The translations under genes and the position numbers were made by a program. Below, one piece after another: positions 1-8,117 of a stretch of 36,787 bases of DNA (positions are counted from its first letter, which is position 1; every line of letters begins with the position of its first letter). This stretch comes from a virus (Duplodnaviria; Caudoviricetes). The notes beneath the pieces are model-generated. The model did not search any database and had not been told where the DNA came from. It was given only the letters and a program-made list of their open reading frames with translations. Where the stretch lies: the IMG/VR virus record IMGVR_UViG_3300010366_000008, positions 1 to 36,787 of that record; one strand, written 5' to 3'.

Positions 1-123
1 ATCCAGTAATCCTTACCTTCCGGCGACGTGACCATAATCTTGCCGGTAGGAGCGAGTTTGAACGGGCCGGTCACGCGCGGCCCGGCGGTGCCGGTTTTTT
101 CGATGGTCTGGACTGGCGGTTTC
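1..123. repeat. Terminal direct repeat, copy 1 (circular assembly overlap)
   Basis: Bases 1-123 (atccagtaat...ggcggtttc) are identical to 36665-36787. Confidence 0.97.
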
Positions 124-1862
124 GGCACGGGAGCTGCACCGCCGCCGACTGGTGGTGTGGCCGGGGGAGTGTCTCCGGGCAGGAAGCGGCTCTGCGCGTG
201 GAGATTGTCTTTGTATCGCGCCAGGTCGCCGGTAAGTTTCGTTTCCAGATTCCCGAGTTTCTCCCGGACCGTCCAGGGATCGTCGGTCATCTTCGGGAAC
301 ATCCTTTCGTAGGCAGCCTGATCGGAGGACCGCAGCACTCCTCCCTTGATCAGATCGCCTACGGTGGCCTGGATCATCGACATTTTTCCCTGCAGGCCTT
401 CCCACTTGGCACCGAGCACCGGAATCTCTCGAAGCGTATCGCTCCAGGGACCGGTCATGAACCTCTTGGGGCCAGTCAATTCCTTTCTCATGTCCTGGAC
501 CGCAGTGAGGCCGTCCTCGAGAGTCACTAATTTATTCGATTCGGTGTCGGTCAGTTTGGTGGTGTAACCCTGCGTATATCCGCGCGAGGCGAGAATCCGG
601 CCGACGTGCTCCTGTTCCTGGGGCGGCAACTGATCCCACCGCACCTTACCGCTTTGCACATCATTCGCCCGATTCACGTACGGCGCGTCTTCCGCAGCAA
701 TCCGCGCGGTGGCTTCTCCGCCGGCCTTGGCGACCGCTATCCCGGTCTCTTGTTGCACTACTGATCCCGGTTTAGGCACGGTCTCGCCGGGCTTGCCGGC
801 GCCGGTCCAGAGTTTGATCTCGTCGAGGTTCCTGCCCACGAGGTTGCCATATAAGCCCTTGAGATAGGGCGAGGAGGCGATCGCATCCGCAAACTGGGAC
901 GGATCATTCATCGCCTTCACTTTCTCCTGAAGGTCCTTGATCTCCTGCAGGTGCTGTTTATCCGTGAACTCGACCCACTTGCGAGTCTCCTCGCTCTGGT
1001 CGCGCAGTTCTTTGTTTCGTTTGATTCCCAGATCGACCGACTGATCATACGTAAGCGCCTGCTGCCCCCAACTCTCTTTGCGGGCCTGAAAGCGCGGATC
1101 GTTGACGTCCATGTCGGTGAACTGGCGCGCCTCAGGCCAGGTGATATAGCCTTTACGCGCTGCTTCCGGCAAGAGGCGGTTCTTCGACTCGTTATCGATC
1201 ATGCCGTTCGAGATCCGCACCATGTCTTTGCTCTCTCCCTGGGCATTTTCGAGTTGTTTCGCTTCGATCTCAAGCTGCGACTTATGGGCTTCGTTGATGT
1301 TTTTAATCCACGGGAAGGCGCTCGCCCCGCCGACCTCGAGCATCCGCTGCCAGCTCGGCAGCCCGGGAATGCCGCCGCTCGGAAATGCGGGCACAGCCGT
1401 CGGAGCCGCTGCCGGCGTCACTGGCGTCGTCGCCGGAGAGGGCGGGGCTGCGGCAGGAGCCGTCGGCGGCGTGACATCCGGCAGCAGCGGTTGCAGGGTT
1501 GCCCCCGGTAAGCCGAGCCCTCCGGTCAGCGGATATCCGGTCACCGTTCCCGGCTGCTGCGGTGGCGCGATCGGCGCGAACAGCGTTCCCAGGTTAGCCG
1601 GAGAAACGCCCGGCGCTGCCGGAACCTGCGTGGTATCCGCTCCGGGTTTAAACAGATTCGCCAGACCGAGCGCCTGCTGGTATGCCAGCCGCTGCTGTTC
1701 GAGCCCGAGCTGCCGGGTCTGTAATTCGAGCGGGAAGAGCTGGCTCTGCTGCATCAGATTCTGAAGATTCAGAAGCTGCCCGTATTGCTGGAGCGGCGAC
1801 ACCGGCTGGGCGGTAATGTCGACGGGCCGTACGGCGAGAGAGATTTGAGGATCGAGAGCCAT
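1..1862 (-). CDS. Putative internal virion/DNA ejection protein (P22 gp20-like position); 5' part of a ~637-aa gene that wraps the origin
   Basis: Hand translation from ATG at 1862 (MALDPQISLAVRPVDITAQP...) stays open to base 1 and continues through the repeat to TAA at 36613-36615. It lies between the gp7-like and SLT ejection genes. Not in the ORF track. Confidence 0.8.
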   Translation of the reverse strand, partial: MALDPQISLAVRPVDITAQPVSPLQQYGQLLNLQNLMQQSQLFPLELQTRQLGLEQQRLAYQQALGLANLFKPGADTTQVPAAPGVSPANLGTLFAPIAPPQQPGTVTGYPLTGGLGLPGATLQPLLPDVTPPTAPAAAPPSPATTPVTPAAAPTAVPAFPSGGIPGLPSWQRMLEVGGASAFPWIKNINEAHKSQLEIEAKQLENAQGESKDMVRISNGMIDNESKNRLLPEAARKGYITWPEARQFTDMDVNDPRFQARKESWGQQALTYDQSVDLGIKRNKELRDQSEETRKWVEFTDKQHLQEIKDLQEKVKAMNDPSQFADAIASSPYLKGLYGNLVGRNLDEIKLWTGAGKPGETVPKPGSVVQQETGIAVAKAGGEATARIAAEDAPYVNRANDVQSGKVRWDQLPPQEQEHVGRILASRGYTQGYTTKLTDTESNKLVTLEDGLTAVQDMRKELTGPKRFMTGPWSDTLREIPVLGAKWEGLQGKMSMIQATVGDLIKGGVLRSSDQAAYERMFPKMTDDPWTVREKLGNLETKLTGDLARYKDNLHAQSRFLPGDTPPATPPVGGGAAPVPKPPVQTIEKTGTAGPRVTGPFKLAPTGKIMVTSPEGKDYW

Positions 1863-1875
1863 AGAGTTACGCCAT

Positions 1876-2832
1876 CTACTTCTTTCCGAACATCCGCATC
1901 AGGTTCTGCAGGTTGTAATACCCGCCGATCGCATTGCCCGCGCCGATGGCCGCATTGCCGAATCCGCTGAGCGCCTGATTGAAAGCATTGGCGCCGCCCA
2001 CCACGCCGCCGGCCTGCGCCGCCGCGCCTCCGGTGAGCAGGTCGGCGATGTTTTTCTGGGTCGCCAGCACGTTGGACGCGACCGTGTTCGCGGCATTCAT
2101 CCCGGCCGTCCCGCCGTACTGCGTGCCCTGCGTCAGCCAGCCGCCCGCCTGCTGCGCGGCACCGGTTCCCCACTGACCGGCGAGCTGCGCGGCGTTCATC
2201 AGGTTGGTGCCGGCCTGGCCGCCGGCTTGCAATCCCTGTCCGGCGACCGACTCCAGTTGCTGCTGCTGGGTAATCCAGCGGTTGAAGGCGTTCTGCATCT
2301 CGGCGCTGGCCAGGTTCTGCGACTGCGACTGAAGCGCTGATGCGGTCCCCCCGCCGAGCGCTCCCCCGCGGGCCGCGGCCGATGCCTGGAGCGCCTTGTT
2401 GGCCATGTCGATGCGGAACTGATAGCCGGGATCCAGGTTCTGCATCTGCTGCATCCCGAACCCCTGGCCCATCAGATTCGCGAGCTGGCTGGTCGCCTGC
2501 TGGCCGGTCTGCATGTACGGCTGCAGAAACGCATTCGCGCCCTGCGCGGCGGTGGTGACTCCCTGCCCGGCTTGCTGCGCCGCGGTGGTCAGGTTGCCGC
2601 CGGCGGTATTGGCGGCGGCAATCGCGTCCTGCGCGGCTTTCAGGGCCGCGGCGGTGATCTGGGGGTTTACCTGACCTAGCTGATCCTGGAATCCGGCGAT
2701 CGCCTTCTGCGCGGCCTGATACTGCAGGTTGGCGGCATTGTTGGCGGCGCCGGCTCCCTTGACGCCGCCCAGAATCGACCCGACTCCGCTGATTCCCGCG
2801 CCTATGAGCGGTGCAGCGACTGCGGCTGGCAT
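1876..2832 (-). CDS. DNA ejection/pilot protein (P22 gp7-like)
   Basis: Ala/Gly/Gln-rich 318 aa, hydrophobic Gly-rich N-terminus, DPGYQFR...SAAARGG motif typical of podovirus DNA transfer proteins; synteny. Confidence 0.75.
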   Translation of the reverse strand: MPAAVAAPLIGAGISGVGSILGGVKGAGAANNAANLQYQAAQKAIAGFQDQLGQVNPQITAAALKAAQDAIAAANTAGGNLTTAAQQAGQGVTTAAQGANAFLQPYMQTGQQATSQLANLMGQGFGMQQMQNLDPGYQFRIDMANKALQASAAARGGALGGGTASALQSQSQNLASAEMQNAFNRWITQQQQLESVAGQGLQAGGQAGTNLMNAAQLAGQWGTGAAQQAGGWLTQGTQYGGTAGMNAANTVASNVLATQKNIADLLTGGAAAQAGGVVGGANAFNQALSGFGNAAIGAGNAIGGYYNLQNLMRMFGKK

Positions 2833-3365
2833 ACTTCCTCCTCCCTCTCTTCCGTGCGCTCCTGGGCCTCGCCTGCTTCAATGGGCGGCAATTGATCGGG
2901 CCGCGAGATCCCGAGCATCACCTGATCGAGCAGCACGCCGTTTTTCAGGTACGACGCTTCGTTGACTCCGAAGACTTTCATGCCGGCCCGGTAGGCGAAA
3001 TGCAGCGCCAGCCGGTTCGACGCCGGCACGTTGGTCACGATTCGCCGGCAGTGCGAGGCGTACCACATCCACATCGGCAGCAATCGCGCCGCGAGCTGCC
3101 CGCGCTCGCCCCAGGCGCACGGCAACAGCGCCGTATGCACTTCCCAGCAGACGCCGTTCTGCGGGACGAACATCCACAAACCCAATAAATCCGCGCCTTT
3201 CTCGTGGACGTCGCGCACGATCACGTACCAGATCGAGGGATGTTCCTGCGGGTAAAAGTCGCCGGGCGCCGGCGAGTAGTCGTCGGAGAGATATTTCCAG
3301 AGCCGGGGATGCGTAAGGATGCTGCGGATCAGCTCGTAATCGAAGGAACGCTCGAAAGCGATCAC
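2802..3365 (-). CDS. GNAT-fold protein (DUF2824 / P22 gp14-like)
   Basis: Probable GTG start at 3365 overlapping the upstream stop (GTGA); WEVHTALLPCAWG, IVTNVPASNRLA and GMKVFG segments; position before the ejection genes. Confidence 0.7.
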   Translation of the reverse strand: MIAFERSFDYELIRSILTHPRLWKYLSDDYSPAPGDFYPQEHPSIWYVIVRDVHEKGADLLGLWMFVPQNGVCWEVHTALLPCAWGERGQLAARLLPMWMWYASHCRRIVTNVPASNRLALHFAYRAGMKVFGVNEASYLKNGVLLDQVMLGISRPDQLPPIEAGEAQERTEEREEEVCQPQSLHRS

Positions 3366-4696
3366 GGGGAAATCCAGGTTGCGGAGATCGAGGTGCCGGA
3401 AGCATAGATAACGCTGGCGCCGGTTCCGCCCGTTTTCCACGCCTGTAGTTGCACGGTGTTCCCTACGGCTGCGGTGAACAGCCATTGCTGCGTGACGGTT
3501 CCGCCGGCCCCGGGCGCCCCGGTAAGAATCGCCTGCCGGGTGCCCCCGGCGCCGTTCTGTAGCAGGTTCCCGCTCAGGTACGCTCCCGAGTCCCCGGTCC
3601 CGCTCAAATAGAAATAGAACACGCCGCGGATCAGCCACTGGCCCGCGCGGGAAAGGGTGAGCAGTGTGCCGGAAACCGGTTGCCCGGATGTCGTCAAGGT
3701 GATGTCGGCGGAAGCGGAGCCCAAAAGCACGATGCCCGTCTGTGAGGGCGTGGTTTCGATCCATGCGGAACCGCTCCAGACAAAAGAACGCGCCGGCGAG
3801 TCGGTGGTGCGGAAAGTGAACCCGGCGTCGTTGGCCCCCAGATCCGTAGGTCTCTGGTCCGGCGTGAGCGTTCCCCACATGCTGCCCGCGAGAAAATGCC
3901 ACGCGTTCGCCTGCTGCTGGTAGATCACGCCGCTGCGATCAGTCTCCACGTAGATCGTCCGCGGAGGGGTCTGCGCGTTGGCCGCGGGACGGTTGGCGTG
4001 CAGACCGTACTCCACCAGAGTGGTCTCGATCCAGACGGTTCCGCTCCAGATGAATGTTCGCGGCGCATAGGTGTCGCTCGCGTCGGTGGACCGGTACTCA
4101 AACCCGGCATCGTTCGCGCCCAGATCCGTGGGCCGCTGGTCCGGCGTGAGTGTTCCCCACATGCTGCCCGCGAGAAAATGCCAGGCATTCGCCTGCTGCT
4201 GATAGATCACTTCGGTGCGGTCGGTTTCGACGTACAGCGTGCGCGGCGGGGTCAGGGCATCCGCCGGCGGGCGGTTGGCGTGAGTCCCGTACAGAACGAG
4301 AGTCGTTTCGACCCAGACCGAACCGCTCCAGACGAAGGTACGCGGCGCATAGGTATCGCTTGAATCAATCGAGCGGTACTCAAACCCGGCATCGTTCGCG
4401 CCCAAGTCGGTGGGCCTCTGATCGGGTGACAAAGGGCCCCACATGGTGCCGGCGAGATAATGCCAGGCGCCGCCCTCGTTGACGTAGATCACGCTCTGAT
4501 CGCTGTCCACGTAGATCGCGCCATCCGGCATGTCGCCGGCGTTGGGGCGATTTGCGCTCGTCCCCTCGGTCACCAGCGCATTGAGCTTGTCGCCGGTCTG
4601 GCCCCAGTAGTAATACCACTCCTTCGCCGTCGTATTGCCCCCCGAAGGATCGAGCAGGGTGGTGCGGATGGGCGGAATCTGCGGCAGATCGTTCAT
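3362..4696 (-). CDS. Tail fibre / receptor-binding protein with three 94-aa repeats and a C-terminal beta-sandwich
   Basis: ATG at 4696 overlaps the upstream stop (ATGA); repeats GxxANRP...WHxLAGxMWGxLxPDQRPTDLGANDAGF...FVWSGxxWxETT; C-terminus resembles a C1q/BclA-C jelly roll. Confidence 0.75.
   Translation of the reverse strand: MNDLPQIPPIRTTLLDPSGGNTTAKEWYYYWGQTGDKLNALVTEGTSANRPNAGDMPDGAIYVDSDQSVIYVNEGGAWHYLAGTMWGPLSPDQRPTDLGANDAGFEYRSIDSSDTYAPRTFVWSGSVWVETTLVLYGTHANRPPADALTPPRTLYVETDRTEVIYQQQANAWHFLAGSMWGTLTPDQRPTDLGANDAGFEYRSTDASDTYAPRTFIWSGTVWIETTLVEYGLHANRPAANAQTPPRTIYVETDRSGVIYQQQANAWHFLAGSMWGTLTPDQRPTDLGANDAGFTFRTTDSPARSFVWSGSAWIETTPSQTGIVLLGSASADITLTTSGQPVSGTLLTLSRAGQWLIRGVFYFYLSGTGDSGAYLSGNLLQNGAGGTRQAILTGAPGAGGTVTQQWLFTAAVGNTVQLQAWKTGGTGASVIYASGTSISATWISP
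3750..4570. repeat. Three tandem ~282-bp coding repeats
   Basis: The equivalent ccca anchor occurs at 3837, 4119 and 4401, a period of exactly 282 bp; boundaries approximate. Confidence 0.9.
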
Positions 4697-6375
4697 GCGA
4701 ATCCCGGCGTGCTCTCGAGGTAGGTGTCGATCAGGGCGACTTTGCTTTTGGCGGTGATGCCCACCCGGTAGACGCGATCGCGCGATTTGCCCAGCCGGCG
4801 GAAGACCGCCCGCTGCGTATAGTTTCCGCTGGGCGCGGCGTTGGTGAAGCGTCCGATGCTGTCGTTGAACGTATGCCCGTGATCGTCGCTCCAGTCGAGC
4901 CCGATCGCGGGCGCTGTCGTGCTCGAGCTTTGCGCGCCCTGCTCCAAAAGAACCTCGAGCCGGTGATCGTAGTGCCACTGGTTCTCGTTGATCAGATGCG
5001 GAAAAGCCCGCGTGTACTGGATCAGAGCGCCGTTGTCGTCGTAATAGTTCAGGCTCTGCTGATAGAGCGTCCCGCTCACCGGGTCGCCCACGATATGGGT
5101 TCCGTTGGCGCCCCATTCGGGAATGAACGTCCCATACCACGGCAGGTATTTGGTATACGCGCTGGTCGAAGCGTTCCAGCCGGCGCGCTCGTGCCAGAGC
5201 CCCTCGGTCAGGTCATAGACCCAGGTGCGGCCGTTGTTCCAGAAGTTCACCACCCAGAAAATATGCCCGTTCTCGGCGTATCCGTAGCTCACCGCGTCCC
5301 ACACCCGGTATCCGGCCTGGTTCCACTCCTGCTCCTGCGCATGAGTCGAGATGCGCTGCGGCTGCAGGCCCTGCACCCGGTAGGCGATGGTCTGGCCGGA
5401 GTTGCCGCCGCCCAGATAGCAGACGCTCAGCCCGACCGAGCAGGGCGCCCAGCGGGCCACGCTGCCGTCGTGGATCATGGCGCCGGCGACCCGTTGAAAC
5501 GGAAACGGCGAAGCCCCGACGTCGCTCCAGACCTCGATCGAGTCGGTGCCGAACAGCCAGAGTTCCTCGTGGTCAGTGAGAATCGAGTTGATGTTATCGG
5601 GAGCGCCTTCTTTGATGCCGTAATCGAGCGGGTTCCAGCGGGTGCCGTCCATCAGCGCGGAGATGTTGAACTGCCGTCCGGAAATGCCGGTTCCGCTATT
5701 GGCCACCCGGTTCACGATGAAGTACCCGTCCAGCACGGCGCCGGTAATGCCGTCCACCTGCGCCCCCTGCGCCGCCTCCCAGACCACGTTGGTCTGCGCG
5801 GGCAGGTTGCGGTCGAGGATGATGGTGTGGTCGTTAGGGACGCCGGTCATCACGTAACTGACGTCGTCGATGAGAATGTTGCTCCCCTGCCAGGCCGGCA
5901 GGAACGGTCCCGGCGTGACTGAATTGACCAGCGTTCCTCCGGGGCTGCCCGAGAACGTGTTGCCGGTCCCGGTGATCGCAAAATTCGCCGGGACGGGTCC
6001 CGAGCCGTTGTCGCAATAGACCAGGCCGCCGGACACGATCATGAGCTGGTTGCCGTTAGAAAAGATCTGCGCCGGATCGGGATCGGAGGTGCCCTGCGCA
6101 ACCGTCTTAGCCGAAAGCGTGGTGGTGCCGTCGGAATGTACTTCGGTGTAATTCGGCCCGTGGATCACGAAGCAGCGCCCGCCGCCCGACCAGATGCAGC
6201 GGATCTTGAACGGGGTCAGCGCCGCGAAGTACTGCAGGCCCGGCCGGCCATAGAGCACCAGGCGCGCCGGCTCGTTGGGCACTTCGACGGCTTCAGGGAT
6301 CAGGTTCATGGTCTGCTGCGCCGCGGCGACCACCGACAGCGAGGTGTAGGAAGGACCGGCCAGAGAGATTTTCAC
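4693..6375 (-). CDS. Tail hub/nozzle, packaged-DNA stabilisation protein (P22 gp10-like)
   Basis: Probable GTG start at 6375; LDGYFI, EGAPDNI, LWLFGTDSIEVW, TWVYD...LWHER, WSDDHGHTF and FRRLG motifs. Confidence 0.85.
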   Translation of the reverse strand: MKISLAGPSYTSLSVVAAAQQTMNLIPEAVEVPNEPARLVLYGRPGLQYFAALTPFKIRCIWSGGGRCFVIHGPNYTEVHSDGTTTLSAKTVAQGTSDPDPAQIFSNGNQLMIVSGGLVYCDNGSGPVPANFAITGTGNTFSGSPGGTLVNSVTPGPFLPAWQGSNILIDDVSYVMTGVPNDHTIILDRNLPAQTNVVWEAAQGAQVDGITGAVLDGYFIVNRVANSGTGISGRQFNISALMDGTRWNPLDYGIKEGAPDNINSILTDHEELWLFGTDSIEVWSDVGASPFPFQRVAGAMIHDGSVARWAPCSVGLSVCYLGGGNSGQTIAYRVQGLQPQRISTHAQEQEWNQAGYRVWDAVSYGYAENGHIFWVVNFWNNGRTWVYDLTEGLWHERAGWNASTSAYTKYLPWYGTFIPEWGANGTHIVGDPVSGTLYQQSLNYYDDNGALIQYTRAFPHLINENQWHYDHRLEVLLEQGAQSSSTTAPAIGLDWSDDHGHTFNDSIGRFTNAAPSGNYTQRAVFRRLGKSRDRVYRVGITAKSKVALIDTYLESTPGFA

Positions 6376-6398
6376 GTTATATGATGTAAGCCTTCCCC

Positions 6399-7292
6399 AT
6401 GAGCCTAGAAACCGTACCCACCCTGGCCGGCGTCGAGGCCCTGATTCTCCAAACCAATGCAATGGACAACGAAGAGGACCGCATCCGGGTTCTCTGCGAC
6501 CACGTTTATTCGGCGGAAGATCTCACCATTCCGCCGGCCGATCCCTTTTCCGCCGAATACCGCTCCTTCGTGCTGGGCGTCTGGCGCACGCTTACCGGAC
6601 GTGCCGAATACTGCGCTGGAGAATGCGAGCTGTCGCCGTTTCTGACTGATTTCGACAACGTCTTCCGGCTGCCGCCTTACAGCTACGGTTCCACCGACAT
6701 GCTGGGCGAGTTTCTGATCACCTACGGCTTCATCATCAAGACGATGGGATTGAAAAGCGGTGCGCGAGTGCTCGAGTACGGCGCCGGCAATGCCCAGATC
6801 CTGCTGCACCTGGCGCGCATCGGCTGCGACGTGACCGCCATAGATCTCGAGCCGCGCTACATTGCCCAGATCCGCGAACAGGCCCGTCGCATGGGCGTCG
6901 GGGCGACCGGGATTGTCGGCACTTTCGACCAGGATCCCGAGGGTGGTCCTTACGATGCGGTGTTGTTTTTCGAATCCTTCCACCATGCGCTCGATCATGC
7001 GGCTTTGATTGAGCGGCTTTCCCGCCATCTGAAAGATTCCGGCATCCTGGTCTTCGCCGGCGAGCCGATCATTCCGGCCGGCGGTTACTGGCGCCCCACC
7101 ATCCCTTATCCATGGGGACCGCGCTTCGATCTGCTCTCGCTGCGCTCGAGCAAAGCCTACGGATGGCTCGAACTGGGGTTTCAGGAGGAATATTTCACGG
7201 GGATGCTGGAGCGCTACGGATGGACGGTTACCAAATATCCCTGCCCGCTGACCTCGCGAGCCGATACTTGGATTGCGCGGCGTCATCCTTGA
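6399..7292 (+). CDS. Class I SAM-dependent methyltransferase (moron, opposite strand)
   Basis: VLEYGAGNA motif I, VTAIDLE motif II, YDAVLFFESFHH, LKDSGILVF. Confidence 0.9.
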   Translation: MSLETVPTLAGVEALILQTNAMDNEEDRIRVLCDHVYSAEDLTIPPADPFSAEYRSFVLGVWRTLTGRAEYCAGECELSPFLTDFDNVFRLPPYSYGSTDMLGEFLITYGFIIKTMGLKSGARVLEYGAGNAQILLHLARIGCDVTAIDLEPRYIAQIREQARRMGVGATGIVGTFDQDPEGGPYDAVLFFESFHHALDHAALIERLSRHLKDSGILVFAGEPIIPAGGYWRPTIPYPWGPRFDLLSLRSSKAYGWLELGFQEEYFTGMLERYGWTVTKYPCPLTSRADTWIARRHP

Positions 7293-8113
7293 GGTCCCCA
7301 GGTCGTGGTAAACCACGGATCGTTGCTGCCGGTCGGACCGCCGCGGCCGATGCACGGCACATCCAGGACCGGCTTGGGCGCATTGATCGATTCGATGCGC
7401 AGGAGCGCTTTCTGCGCGTCGTTGCGCACGTCGGCGTCTACCTGACGCTGGAAGTGCGGACCCAGGCGCACGGCGAGATTCAGCACCAGAGCGTCTTCGT
7501 AGCCGGGCGGCACGAGCACCACGTCATCGGACGTCAGGAAGGTTGAGACCACCTGCCAGATGTACAACTCGAGGATGTAGCCGGGAACCGGCTGCGGGTA
7601 AATGTAGAGCGTCGAGAGCGGGTAGTCATAATCGTCGTACAGCGCGTAAGGAATGGTGTTGGCGATGTCCTGCACCACGATGCGCGACCACTGGAGGTCG
7701 GTCAGGAGCGCCAGCGGCCGCCGGATCTGGGGCATCGAGTAGATGATGTTGGCCCGGTCGATCTGGACCGGCCGCGGACCGTTCAGGTCGGCGACCGTCT
7801 GCCCCGTGGGATCGATGCCGATGGTAAAGATTTTGGCGCCGGTCAAAGCATATTCGTAGCGCGCCATCGAAAAGATGAACAGCCGGTCGCAGGTCAACGA
7901 GCCGATCAGGCGGTTGAGTTCCTCGAGCCCGTCCTGATACTGGGCGGGCGAAGGCGTGCGCTGCGGGCCGAGCGTTACCCCGGCTTTGCGCAGAGCCGGA
8001 TAGATCAGGCCCTTGCCGGCGGCTACCGGGACCGTGCCGGCGCCGATGCCGCCGAAGACGTTCTGATTAAAAAGAATCTGGTCCCAGAGTGGATTCGATG
8101 CAGTCGCGCCCAT
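7283..8113 (-). CDS. Head-tail adaptor paralog 2 (P22 gp4-like)
   Basis: ALRKAGV...DGLEELNRLI N-terminus and PPGYEDALVLNLAVRL C-terminal motif. Confidence 0.7.
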   Translation of the reverse strand: MGATASNPLWDQILFNQNVFGGIGAGTVPVAAGKGLIYPALRKAGVTLGPQRTPSPAQYQDGLEELNRLIGSLTCDRLFIFSMARYEYALTGAKIFTIGIDPTGQTVADLNGPRPVQIDRANIIYSMPQIRRPLALLTDLQWSRIVVQDIANTIPYALYDDYDYPLSTLYIYPQPVPGYILELYIWQVVSTFLTSDDVVLVPPGYEDALVLNLAVRLGPHFQRQVDADVRNDAQKALLRIESINAPKPVLDVPCIGRGGPTGSNDPWFTTTWGPQG

Positions 8114-8117
8114 AAGC

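Noticed and set aside
1-123. Biological terminal repeat of the virion DNA
   Set aside because: It falls mid-gene and is more simply an assembler overlap of a circular or permuted genome
4380-4405. Partial gapped match of array 1 (TC.AA.CC.GC and GC.CC.AA) in the tail-fibre repeat
   Set aside because: Needs a two-unit deletion and has only 8 consecutive specified bases, which is chance level
3750-4570. Diversity-generating retroelement TR/VR pair
   Set aside because: Repeats are in-frame tandem modules, differences are not adenine-specific, and no reverse transcriptase is encoded
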